The notes under the pieces: model-generated
Told to the model about the DNA's origin: nothing
Seen by the model: the letters and a program-made list of their open reading frames with translations, nothing else
The model's database searches: none
Part shown: piece after piece, positions 1 through 7,780 of the stretch
Numbering within the stretch: the first letter of the stretch is position 1
How the letters are laid out: the number at the start of each line of letters is the position of its first letter
Position numbers and translations under genes: made by a program
From: a virus
Taxonomy: Duplodnaviria > Caudoviricetes
Strand: one strand, 5' to 3'
IMG/VR virus record: IMGVR_UViG_3300046817_000395
Span: 1 to 25,050 of that record
Length of the DNA stretch: 25,050 nucleotides

Positions 1-549
1 CTGCGCGAAATGCGCCGGATTGTGCTTCACGCTGCCGAAATAATACGACTGCGACAGCGTGAACGATTCGGCCGTGGCGACGCCTTTCAGCACGCCGTTG
101 ATGCGGGCGGCGAGCTTATATCGATCGAACACCGGCAGCAGCTCCGAGGTCGGCGCCAGCACCCGCCACTTCTCGACCGCGACGCCGTCCTCGTTGGGCA
201 CCAGATGTGATGGCGACGTATAGATCAGACAGTAGATATCCGCGGCCTGCAGCAGCTGCACCGCCTGGTCGAAGCTCATCCGGCCGGCGTCGTGCTCGAC
301 CTCGACGCCGCTGATCTTCTGCATATTGGCGTCGTGGCGCAGCGAGCCCTTGGCGGTCTTGACCTCGCCGAACACCGCGAGCTTCAACCATGGCAAGCGA
401 TTTTTCTCGATCCGGTTCTCGTTCTCGATGACGATCGCCAGATTGGGCAGCGTAAGCTGCTCTTCCCGCTTGGTTTTCGCCGCATAGTTGTCAAAGAACG
501 TGACCGTGACCAGGTATTGCCGCGGCGGTTTTTTATCGTTATTCGTCAT
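1..549 (-). CDS. Phage primase, AEP/primase-polymerase-like N-terminal domain (5' part only; runs off the left edge)
   Basis: Not in the ORF track because it is open to the edge. Manual translation from ATG at 549 (GAGG upstream): MTNNDKKPPRQYLVTVTFFDNY...LPWLKLAVFG...SLRHDAN...SGVEVEHDAG...LIYTSPSH...EKWRVLAP...ESFTLSQSYYFG. The acidic motif plus YTSxSH and WRV match AEP-like phage primases. Confidence 0.75.
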   Translation of the reverse strand, partial: MTNNDKKPPRQYLVTVTFFDNYAAKTKREEQLTLPNLAIVIENENRIEKNRLPWLKLAVFGEVKTAKGSLRHDANMQKISGVEVEHDAGRMSFDQAVQLLQAADIYCLIYTSPSHLVPNEDGVAVEKWRVLAPTSELLPVFDRYKLAARINGVLKGVATAESFTLSQSYYFGSVKHNPAHFAQ

Positions 550-603
550 CTGTTGTTCCTCTTCTGTGGTGGGATAGGAATAGCGGACATGGGGCCGGTA
601 GGG

Positions 604-798
604 CTAATACCCCTGCCGGCCTTCCGCTTGCGCCAGCATTGGCGTCTTTTTCACAGTCCGGCCGGTGACCGGGTCGAGCATGGTTTCGCTGGGTATCCGC
701 AGCGACGCATGTTTGATCGTCATATGCATGCGCGGATCCGGGTGTGCGCTTGGCTCCGGCTCGCGCATTGCCTGCTTATAGGTTTGATCTCGCATCAT
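604..798 (-). CDS. Small hypothetical protein
   Basis: GGAG just upstream of ATGATG (798/795), overlaps the VRR-NUC 3' end, co-oriented with the primase. Confidence 0.5.
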   Translation of the reverse strand: MMRDQTYKQAMREPEPSAHPDPRMHMTIKHASLRIPSETMLDPVTGRTVKKTPMLAQAEGRQGY

Positions 799-1087
799 GA
801 TTCTCCAGCAGCGCGTCAATATCTTCCGAGCAGATCACCAGCGCAACCACTAGCCCTAGTATGCGGTAGTCGTTGGCCCACTTGCGCTGGTGCTCCGACA
901 GCTTACCGCCGCGCGGTCGTTTGAGCTCGACGAACTTGACCACCCCGCCCGGCAGCACCACCAGGCGATCGAAGAAACCGCGCCGGCCGATCACCCGCAC
1001 CTTGTCGCAGCGGCCGCCCATCGCCTGCACCCGCTGCACCAGTTCGCGCTCGATCGCGCTCTCGCGCACAGATAATTTGACGGCCAT
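776..1087 (-). CDS. VRR-NUC domain nuclease (Holliday-junction-resolvase-like)
   Basis: RESAIE...GFFDRLVVLPGG..KFVELKRPRGGKLSEHQ: PD-(D/E)xK VRR-NUC signature. Start placed at ATG 1087 (MAVKLS). Confidence 0.9.
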   Translation of the reverse strand: MAVKLSVRESAIERELVQRVQAMGGRCDKVRVIGRRGFFDRLVVLPGGVVKFVELKRPRGGKLSEHQRKWANDYRILGLVVALVICSEDIDALLENHDARSNL

Positions 1088-1133
1088 GCTGTGCTGTGCT
1101 CTATCGGGTGCTGCAAACAGAACAGAGGATAAC

Positions 1134-2393
1134 ATGGCCAAACATAGTACAATCGTAGGAGGATCGACCGCCGATCGTCTCTTGAACTGCCCGGGTTCGT
1201 TTCAATTAATCCAACGCATACCAGAACAAGCCGAGCAACCATCCGAATATGCCAACTACGGCACCGCCATGCACGCGGTGATGGACTGTCTGGTGTCATT
1301 CTATAATGACCCTGACGGCCTTCCGACCGGCAAAGAGCACATGACCGGCTTGGCCATCCAACACGTGGGCGAGTACTTCGTCGATCGCGTTCTGGAGTCG
1401 CACCATCTGGAAGATTCGATCTTTCCTGCGATCGATAACCTTTACGAATTGATGCGGATCTACGGCGGCGGCTTTAAGGTCGTTGCCATTGAATTGAAGG
1501 TGAAATTCCCTGGCGTGCCCGGCGCCTTCGGCACCGCGGATCTGTTACTTGAGAATAAAAAATTCGTGCTGATGATCGACTGGAAATTCGGTCAAGGTGT
1601 GCCGGTCAAGGCTGTCATCAAGGATGCTGACGGCGAGCGCGTCAATCCGCAATTGATGTTCTACTTCGCCGGCGCCATGAACGAGCTGCCCAAGCTGTTT
1701 GCCAAGAAGCGGTTCGCGGTCGCCATCATCCAGCCGCGGGTGGAGGAGTCGTTGACCCACACCGTGATTACCACCACCGAAGTCGACATGTTCGTCGAGG
1801 ACATGGACGTCGCCATCATCCGCGCGCTTGATAAGAACCCTGCGTTGAATGTCGGCGAGCACTGCCGCTGGTGCCCGGCCCGGCCGTTCTGCCCCAAGCA
1901 CACCGAGCCGCTGTTCGAACTGACCGCGCTTGGTATAGCGCCGGCGCGGCCGCTGGAGGTCGACACCGACGACGGCGACTATGGTGAGTTTCTCGGCAAG
2001 GCCAAGGTGCTGGCCGACATGGCCTACGAATACAAGAAGGCCGTCGACGAGCAGCTGCACGCCTACCTGGAAGCCGGCGGCACCGTGCCGGGCTGGAAGC
2101 TCAAGCTGAAGACCAAGCTGCGCCAGTGGGTCGACGACACGTTGGTCAGCGACACCTTGCGCGGGCTCGGTTTCAAGGACGCCGACATCTGGCAGCACAA
2201 GCTGCAGACCTTTGCGGTTGCCGACAAGGCGGCCAAACGATTGGGTGTGAAGATCCCCGACCACCTGCGCGTCGCGCCGGAGACTGACGAAACCACGGTT
2301 GTGCCGGAGAGCGATCCGGCACCGAAGATCGATCGTAAACAGGCTGCGCTGGAGTTCAGCCAGGCTTTAAAGGAATTGCGCCACGGCACCTAG
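1134..2393 (+). CDS. DUF2800 family Cas4-like PD-(D/E)xK exonuclease (APSE P51-like)
   Basis: HSTIVGGSTADRLLNCPGS, GTAMH, FGTADL...IDWKFGQG, NPQLMFY, IIQPR, GEHCRWCPARPFCP, VPGWKL. GAGGA RBS before ATG 1134. Confidence 0.9.
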   Translation: MAKHSTIVGGSTADRLLNCPGSFQLIQRIPEQAEQPSEYANYGTAMHAVMDCLVSFYNDPDGLPTGKEHMTGLAIQHVGEYFVDRVLESHHLEDSIFPAIDNLYELMRIYGGGFKVVAIELKVKFPGVPGAFGTADLLLENKKFVLMIDWKFGQGVPVKAVIKDADGERVNPQLMFYFAGAMNELPKLFAKKRFAVAIIQPRVEESLTHTVITTTEVDMFVEDMDVAIIRALDKNPALNVGEHCRWCPARPFCPKHTEPLFELTALGIAPARPLEVDTDDGDYGEFLGKAKVLADMAYEYKKAVDEQLHAYLEAGGTVPGWKLKLKTKLRQWVDDTLVSDTLRGLGFKDADIWQHKLQTFAVADKAAKRLGVKIPDHLRVAPETDETTVVPESDPAPKIDRKQAALEFSQALKELRHGT

Positions 2394-2467
2394 CTGTGTA
2401 GCAATGCGGGGCCGGTTTTGGATATTTGCGCCGGTCACTAGAACTTAAACCATAAGGACACGCGAAC

Positions 2468-3262
2468 ATGAACGATATCGTCAAACGCTCCCTTGGTTCG
2501 ACAGCCCTGTCGAACGACCTCGCCGACCGGCTGCTGGCTGGGATTGAGGACAGCCAATCGACCACGCTGGTGGCCGGCGGCGGCAAGGATCTGATCAAGC
2601 TCAGTAAAAACGACGGCACCTGGAACATCGGCCAGGCTGATGAGCCGATGCAGGTCGGCTCGCGCTGGCTGATCAACATTCTCAGCATCTGTCACGGCTT
2701 CATCTGCTGGAGCAACTATCCCGGCAGCCGGAAGAACGAGCGCCTTGGTGAGGTGATGGTGCCCATGAGCGAGCCCAAGCCGTCGAAGCCTGGGCCGATC
2801 GAGGGTTTCCCGTTCCAGGAGCAGCGTTCGTTTGAAGCGGTGTGCTTGAACGGCGAGGATGCCGGCGCCGAGGTGATGTTCAAAAACGGCTCCGTTGGCA
2901 CCATGAAGGGCTTCAAAAAGTTGGAAGATGCGGTGAAGAGCCAGTTGAGGACCGATCGCGCCTTCCCCTGCCCGGTGATCGTGTTCAAGTCGGAAAAATA
3001 TAAGCACAGCGATTATGGCTGGATCCACAACCCGATCTTTGAAGTCGTGGATTGGTCCGACCTTCAGGGTAACTTGAAGTCGAATGGTCCGGTGCCGGTG
3101 CTGCCCAAGGACAAGGGTCCGACGCCGGCTGCGACCACGGCCCGGCCCCGTAAGCCGGCGCTGGTCGAGGAGGCGCCGGTGGAGGAGCCGGCGGACGACG
3201 AGCTCGAGCCGGTGGCCCCGCCGCCGCCGCGGGCGCAGCGTCGCCGGCCGGCTGTGGCCTAA
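2468..3262 (+). CDS. Putative single-stranded DNA-binding protein
   Basis: Occupies the SSB slot between exonuclease and PolA. HGFICW and YKHSDYGWIHNPIFEVVDW motifs, Pro/acidic C-tail, AAGGA RBS. Confidence 0.65.
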   Translation: MNDIVKRSLGSTALSNDLADRLLAGIEDSQSTTLVAGGGKDLIKLSKNDGTWNIGQADEPMQVGSRWLINILSICHGFICWSNYPGSRKNERLGEVMVPMSEPKPSKPGPIEGFPFQEQRSFEAVCLNGEDAGAEVMFKNGSVGTMKGFKKLEDAVKSQLRTDRAFPCPVIVFKSEKYKHSDYGWIHNPIFEVVDWSDLQGNLKSNGPVPVLPKDKGPTPAATTARPRKPALVEEAPVEEPADDELEPVAPPPPRAQRRRPAVA

Positions 3263-3314
3263 CTCCCCTACATCTCCCCTGTATCTCCCCCAGGCCCCTT
3301 ATTCGGGGCCTGGG
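3263..3314 (+). repeat. Three CTCCCC direct repeats at 11-bp period followed by a perfect 10-bp hairpin
   Basis: CTCCCC at 3263, 3274 and 3285; CCCAGGCCCC (3289-3298) TTATTC GGGGCCTGGG (3305-3314); no U-tract follows. Confidence 0.8.
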
Positions 3315-3337
3315 CACCACCACAGGACGTCACCACC

Positions 3338-5515
3338 ATGTCCGCCACCTTCAATCCAGACCACATCTGCTTTTTTGATTTCGAAACCAAAAGCGGCGTC
3401 GATCTCCAGGACGCCGGCGCCGTGCGCTACGCCTGCGATCCGAAAGCTGCGGCAGTAATACTGACCTATGCGATCGGTCGGCGGCCGGTTGAGCTGGTGG
3501 TTGCCGACGATCCCGGTGAGCCGCTGGTGTGGGATGAGCTACCCGATGATTTTCGCCAGTTCTATGACCGGGCGCTGGGGTCCAACACTCACAAGTTCGC
3601 GGCTCACAACGCCGGTTTTGATCGGTCGATTTGGAATTACGCCCTCATTAACGCGCCAGAGCTGTACCCCGAGATGGTCATCGATACCTCGGTGCAGGCC
3701 ACTGCCGCCGGTCTGCCGCCCGACCTGGCCGGCGCCTGCCAGGCTTCCGGCAGCATCCACAAGGTCGAGGACGGCAAGAAGCTTATTGGGTTGTTCTGCG
3801 AGCCCAAATCTGTCGGTACGCCGCAAAAAAATCCGATCCAGTGGATGCAGTTCTGCAATTACGCGATCGGCGACATCGACGCCATGCGCTCACTCTTCCT
3901 GCGGACCCGGCAATTGCCGTTGCGCGAGTGGAAAGAGTATTGGAGCATGGAGCAGATCAACGATCGCGGGATCGGCGTCGACCTCGAATTCGCCCGCAAG
4001 GCCAACGCGCTGGCCAAAGAAGCCAAGATCCGCAGTAACGACGAACTGCACGAGCTGACCAACGGCGCCGTTACCACCGTCGGCCAGGTCAAGCCGTTGA
4101 CCCAATGGCTGATCGGCCGGCTACCGGACGATGGCGACGGTATGAAGATCCTCACCAAGCGTGAGGAAGAAGTCGACGAATACGGGACAGAGACTCGCCC
4201 GGCCAAATATTCGCTGACCCGAAGCCGTGTTGAGAAACTCATCCCATACTGCGAGTCGATCGAGGACGACGATGCCGTGCGCGCCCTGCAGATCCGGCTG
4301 TATGGTGGATCCACCACGCCGGCCAAGTATGGCAAGATCCTGGCCCAGCAGGTCGATGGCACGGTATACGGCCAATACGTCTTCAATGGTGCGCCACAGA
4401 CCGGCCGCGCTTCCAGCCGCGGCGTGCAGATCCAGAACCTGGCGCGATCGTTTCTCCCTTACGAGCATGAAGCGATTGAGGCCATCTTAAACGGCGCCGA
4501 TTATGATGAGCTTGCCAGGATTGGCAGCACTCGTGACAGCCCTGCCAGCTCTGACACCCCGGTGGTTCGTAAGCTGGCGTTGCTGATTCGGCCCACTTTT
4601 GTTCCCAAGGGATCGAATCAGTTCGTGGTCAGCGACTTCAGCCAGATTGAGGCAAGAGTATTGCCGTGGCTGGTTGGTCCTGAGAGCAAGGGCGCCCTGG
4701 CGCGGCTGCAGATCTTCCGCGACATCGATGCCGATCCTTCCCTGCCGGACCTGTACACCCGGTCGGCCGCGGCGATGTCCGGTCTAGCTGTTACCGAAAT
4801 CACCAAAGCATTACGGCAGCGTGGCAAAGTCGCTGAATTGGCTCTGGGATTCGGCGGCGGGGTCGGCGCGCTCGCCGCCATGGGCGCTAATTACGGGCTT
4901 TATCTGCCCACGTCCGAGGCCAAGGATGTGGTCGATCGGTGGCGCAAGGCCAACCCTTGGTGCGTTCGGTTCTGGGGTAAGCACGATGCGGATACTTCCT
5001 ATGGGTTATGGGGCGCCGTCAACAAGGCGCTGGAGGCGCCCGGCGCCACGTTCGAGGCTGGCCGGGTGTCCTACGTCTACCTGAAGCAGGTGCTCGGCGG
5101 CACGCTGTATTGCCAGCTGCCGTCCGGCCGTTGCCTGGCTTACAGGGGCATCAAGTACGAGCGGGTCAACATCCTGGACGACGACGACAAGGTCGTCGAC
5201 GTCCAGACCCAGCTGCGGTTCTGGAAGGGCCGCACCCGGTCGCACATCTGGCATGGCACGCTCTGTGAAAATATTGTCCAGGCGACCGCCGCTGACTTGC
5301 TGCGCGGCACTCTGGTGCGTTGCGAAGACGCCAATTTCAATGTGCGCCTGCACAGTCACGACGAGATCCTGACCGAGGTCGGGCTGTGGGATGGCAAGCT
5401 GGAGGCCGGCCTGCTGCGTGACGTGATGCGCCAGGGCTTCGACTGGTCCGAAGGCCTGCCGCTGATGTCTGAGGAAACTATTCAGCCATATTATTCCAAG
5501 TGGGAGGCTGAGTGA
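3338..5515 (+). CDS. polA: DNA polymerase family A (3'-5' exonuclease plus polymerase), phage type
   Basis: Exo I DFETKS, Exo II AHNAGFDR, Exo III YAIGD; TGRASSRGVQIQNL; motif A SDFSQIEARV; motif B RQRGKVAELALGFGG; ENIVQATAAD; motif C HSHDEI. Confidence 0.97.
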   Translation: MSATFNPDHICFFDFETKSGVDLQDAGAVRYACDPKAAAVILTYAIGRRPVELVVADDPGEPLVWDELPDDFRQFYDRALGSNTHKFAAHNAGFDRSIWNYALINAPELYPEMVIDTSVQATAAGLPPDLAGACQASGSIHKVEDGKKLIGLFCEPKSVGTPQKNPIQWMQFCNYAIGDIDAMRSLFLRTRQLPLREWKEYWSMEQINDRGIGVDLEFARKANALAKEAKIRSNDELHELTNGAVTTVGQVKPLTQWLIGRLPDDGDGMKILTKREEEVDEYGTETRPAKYSLTRSRVEKLIPYCESIEDDDAVRALQIRLYGGSTTPAKYGKILAQQVDGTVYGQYVFNGAPQTGRASSRGVQIQNLARSFLPYEHEAIEAILNGADYDELARIGSTRDSPASSDTPVVRKLALLIRPTFVPKGSNQFVVSDFSQIEARVLPWLVGPESKGALARLQIFRDIDADPSLPDLYTRSAAAMSGLAVTEITKALRQRGKVAELALGFGGGVGALAAMGANYGLYLPTSEAKDVVDRWRKANPWCVRFWGKHDADTSYGLWGAVNKALEAPGATFEAGRVSYVYLKQVLGGTLYCQLPSGRCLAYRGIKYERVNILDDDDKVVDVQTQLRFWKGRTRSHIWHGTLCENIVQATAADLLRGTLVRCEDANFNVRLHSHDEILTEVGLWDGKLEAGLLRDVMRQGFDWSEGLPLMSEETIQPYYSKWEAE

Positions 5516-5516
5516 G

Positions 5517-5939
5517 ATGCCTCCTTACACCGCAACCCGGCCGATCCCGCCGGAGATCCGCGACCAACTCAACAAGCTGATGCTGGTGCTCGGTTCGGTC
5601 AACGAGGGCGAGAGCGCCGCGGCCGCCGGCCGCATCACCGGCCTGCTCAAGCGCCACGGCCTGGACTGGCATGACATTGTGGGATCGATCGGCCAGGCGG
5701 CGCGATCGGCGCCAAAGCCGCCACCACGCAAAGCGAAATCGTATACCGGCCCACAGACTATGACCTTCAGTGAGCTGATGCAGTTGGTGCAGTTGATTCT
5801 GCGCAGTCCGATCAACGCGCAATCGCGCCAGTTTCTGGCCGGCATGCTCGATCGCGCGCAGATCTTTGGCAAGGTCACGTTTTCCAACAAGCAATGGGTA
5901 TGGCTCCAGGATCTGGCGCGGCGGGCGGGTGCGATATGA
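5517..5939 (+). CDS. Hypothetical phage protein (DUF2786-like N-terminus)
   Basis: KLMLVLGSVNEGESAAAAGRITGLLKRHGL and C-terminal FSNKQWVWL; starts 1 nt after the polA stop. Confidence 0.75.
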   Translation: MPPYTATRPIPPEIRDQLNKLMLVLGSVNEGESAAAAGRITGLLKRHGLDWHDIVGSIGQAARSAPKPPPRKAKSYTGPQTMTFSELMQLVQLILRSPINAQSRQFLAGMLDRAQIFGKVTFSNKQWVWLQDLARRAGAI

Positions 5940-6220
5940 GTGCCGATGGTTATTCAACTTCAGTTCCAGTGAAAGTGGCGGAAATGTTTGAGGATCTTGC
6001 ATGGAAGGTTTGGGAGATCGGCTTCGATAAATACTCGGCGCGCGCCATCCTGCAACGTATCCGTTGGCACTACCAAGTCGATCGTGGCCTTCGCGAATTC
6101 AAATGTAACAACAATTGGACACCTGGCATGGCTCGCGTGTTCATGAAGAAGTATCCGACTATGCGCGGGTTCTTTGAGATCCGTAATCGTAAAGGTCACG
6201 TAACAAGCTGGGATGATTAG
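5936..6220 (+). CDS. Conserved-looking hypothetical phage protein
   Basis: ATGA overlap with the upstream gene; YSARAILQRIRWH..FKCNNNW...ARVF...GFFEIR pattern recalled from small phage proteins. Confidence 0.75.
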   Translation: MSADGYSTSVPVKVAEMFEDLAWKVWEIGFDKYSARAILQRIRWHYQVDRGLREFKCNNNWTPGMARVFMKKYPTMRGFFEIRNRKGHVTSWDD

Positions 6221-6230
6221 GAGTTGTAAC

Positions 6231-6449
6231 ATGACAGAAATGCTGTTGGTCGATGTATCTAACTGGACACCGAATGTTACTTACGACGAAGGCCTTAAGC
6301 TGTGCGAGAAGCTCGGACTGATTGAGACGTTAACGCACGGCGAACACGACTACGGCCGGCTCACGCAAACTGGCATCAATGTGTTGAGGGTTCTGATGGT
6401 CATGGCCGGACATGCGGCCGATCCAAAGAACACACTGAAAGGATCATGA
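6231..6449 (+). CDS. Hypothetical protein
   Basis: AGGAG RBS before ATG 6231; stop overlaps the next start. Confidence 0.65.
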   Translation: MTEMLLVDVSNWTPNVTYDEGLKLCEKLGLIETLTHGEHDYGRLTQTGINVLRVLMVMAGHAADPKNTLKGS

Positions 6450-7183
6450 TGATGGTTGGAATTGTAGCTGAATGTGAACACTGCGCTGGCAAATGGATGG
6501 TGCCGGCAGACATTAAACTGGCGCCGGATGTACTTGAGGGTTCATGTATGGATTGCCAGCACGAGGGTGATGTCGAGCGTCCGTTGACATTCCGTTACTG
6601 GGGCGACGATCGCGATGTCAAGTACGACGAACCTGACGAGGTGTTGTCGAGGGATTGGTTGCTGCTCGACGACAGCGATGAATACAAAGACGATATGCCG
6701 GAAACTCATCCTGATTTCTACAAGGGCGTCGCTGGCAAGCGCAGCAAGGATTCGCCGCCGATCGATTTCTCAGAGTGGAATCTGTTCAACGAAGACGAGG
6801 TAACCAAGTTCTTCAAGCAGTTGCTGCAACGTGGCTTCCAGCACGCCACCGAAAACTACGAATGCTACGTCACGTTCAGCTCCGATTTCGCCGAGGATAT
6901 GAGCACAGTGGATGATCCGACCGAGATGCGGGTCAGCCTGCCGATCGGTGAGACTGAAGATGAAAGTCCAGAATGGCGGTTTTCACTGTCGGATATTATC
7001 ACCAGTCTGATCGAGTGGAAGGAGGCCGGCATAGGTGGTCCGATCGAGGGTAACGATCGGCCGCTGATGGAAGCGGTGCGTGACGACCTGCGCCGGTTCG
7101 CCAACAAGCTTGATGCCGCATTAAAGCGCAAACCACGTCCGGCAGCAGCGAAGAAGAAAGCTAAGCCGGAGCTGAAAGAGTGA
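6446..7183 (+). CDS. Hypothetical acidic protein with N-terminal CxxC...CxxC (possible zinc ribbon)
   Basis: ATGA overlap, AAGGA RBS, CEHC...CMDC, acidic core, basic C-tail. Confidence 0.7.
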   Translation: MMMVGIVAECEHCAGKWMVPADIKLAPDVLEGSCMDCQHEGDVERPLTFRYWGDDRDVKYDEPDEVLSRDWLLLDDSDEYKDDMPETHPDFYKGVAGKRSKDSPPIDFSEWNLFNEDEVTKFFKQLLQRGFQHATENYECYVTFSSDFAEDMSTVDDPTEMRVSLPIGETEDESPEWRFSLSDIITSLIEWKEAGIGGPIEGNDRPLMEAVRDDLRRFANKLDAALKRKPRPAAAKKKAKPELKE

Positions 7184-7683
7184 GACAGAAATCAGAACTG
7201 CGACCGTATCAGAACCGGATCGCCAGCGCGCTTTACAAAAAGCCGGCGGGATACCGTCGCTGGAGCAGCATGAGAGAACGCTGCAATAATCCTAATTGTA
7301 AAGATTGGGGTCGGTATGGCGGCCGAGGTATCACCGTATGTGAGCGGTGGAATACGTTTGCTAATTTTATCGTCGATGTTGGACATCCGCCGTTTCCTGG
7401 CGCGCAACTTGATCGTATCGATAACGATCGCGGGTATGAGCCGGGTAACGTGCGCTGGGCCACGTCGTATGAGCAACAAGTAAACAGCCGCAAGGTTATG
7501 ATTTGGGTCGAGGTAGACGGCGTCCGACTTAGTTGGAAAGCGTGGGCGCGTAAATTAGGTGTCAGCCATCAAGCGTTGAGTTATCGGGCCAAGATATTTG
7601 GCAGTCGTGAATTGGCTGTACGGTCGATCGTGAATCTTCCGATGAACCATCATAATAAATTGGATATGTATTGTGCAGAATAA
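7180..7683 (+). CDS. HNH homing endonuclease fused to a 19-aa copy of the helicase N-terminus
   Basis: WSSMRERCNNPN..YGGRGITVCERW..F.NF..D...LDRIDNDRGYEPGNVRWAT..QQVN is the phage HNH signature; lower GC than flanks. Confidence 0.9.
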   Translation: MRQKSELRPYQNRIASALYKKPAGYRRWSSMRERCNNPNCKDWGRYGGRGITVCERWNTFANFIVDVGHPPFPGAQLDRIDNDRGYEPGNVRWATSYEQQVNSRKVMIWVEVDGVRLSWKAWARKLGVSHQALSYRAKIFGSRELAVRSIVNLPMNHHNKLDMYCAE

Positions 7684-7780
7684 ATCTGAGTTGAGAGCTT
7701 ACCAAAACAGGATCGCCACTTCTCTTTATGAGTCTGATGAGAAGATTGCGGTGGCACGTCCTGGCTCTGGAAAAACAATC
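7237..7780 (+). mobile_element. Putative free-standing homing endonuclease insertion carrying a recoded helicase 5' end
   Basis: Peptide duplication 7180-7236 versus 7673-7729; AT-richer codons continue to about the Walker A motif. Right boundary approximate. Confidence 0.7.

Noticed and set aside
292-924. 210-aa + strand ORF
   Set aside because: Antisense to the primase and VRR-NUC genes, which carry clear motifs.
873-1133. 87-aa N-terminal extension of the exonuclease in the ORF track
   Set aside because: It is antisense to VRR-NUC; the RBS and family N-terminus support ATG 1134.
1134-2393. Cas4-like nuclease as evidence of CRISPR-Cas
   Set aside because: No array or other cas genes; it is the standard DUF2800 exonuclease of this replication cassette.
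7180-7729. Intein or group I intron in the helicase
   Set aside because: No Cys/Ser...His-Asn intein ends, the HNH ORF has its own stop, there is no non-coding room for a ribozyme core, and the downstream helicase is complete.
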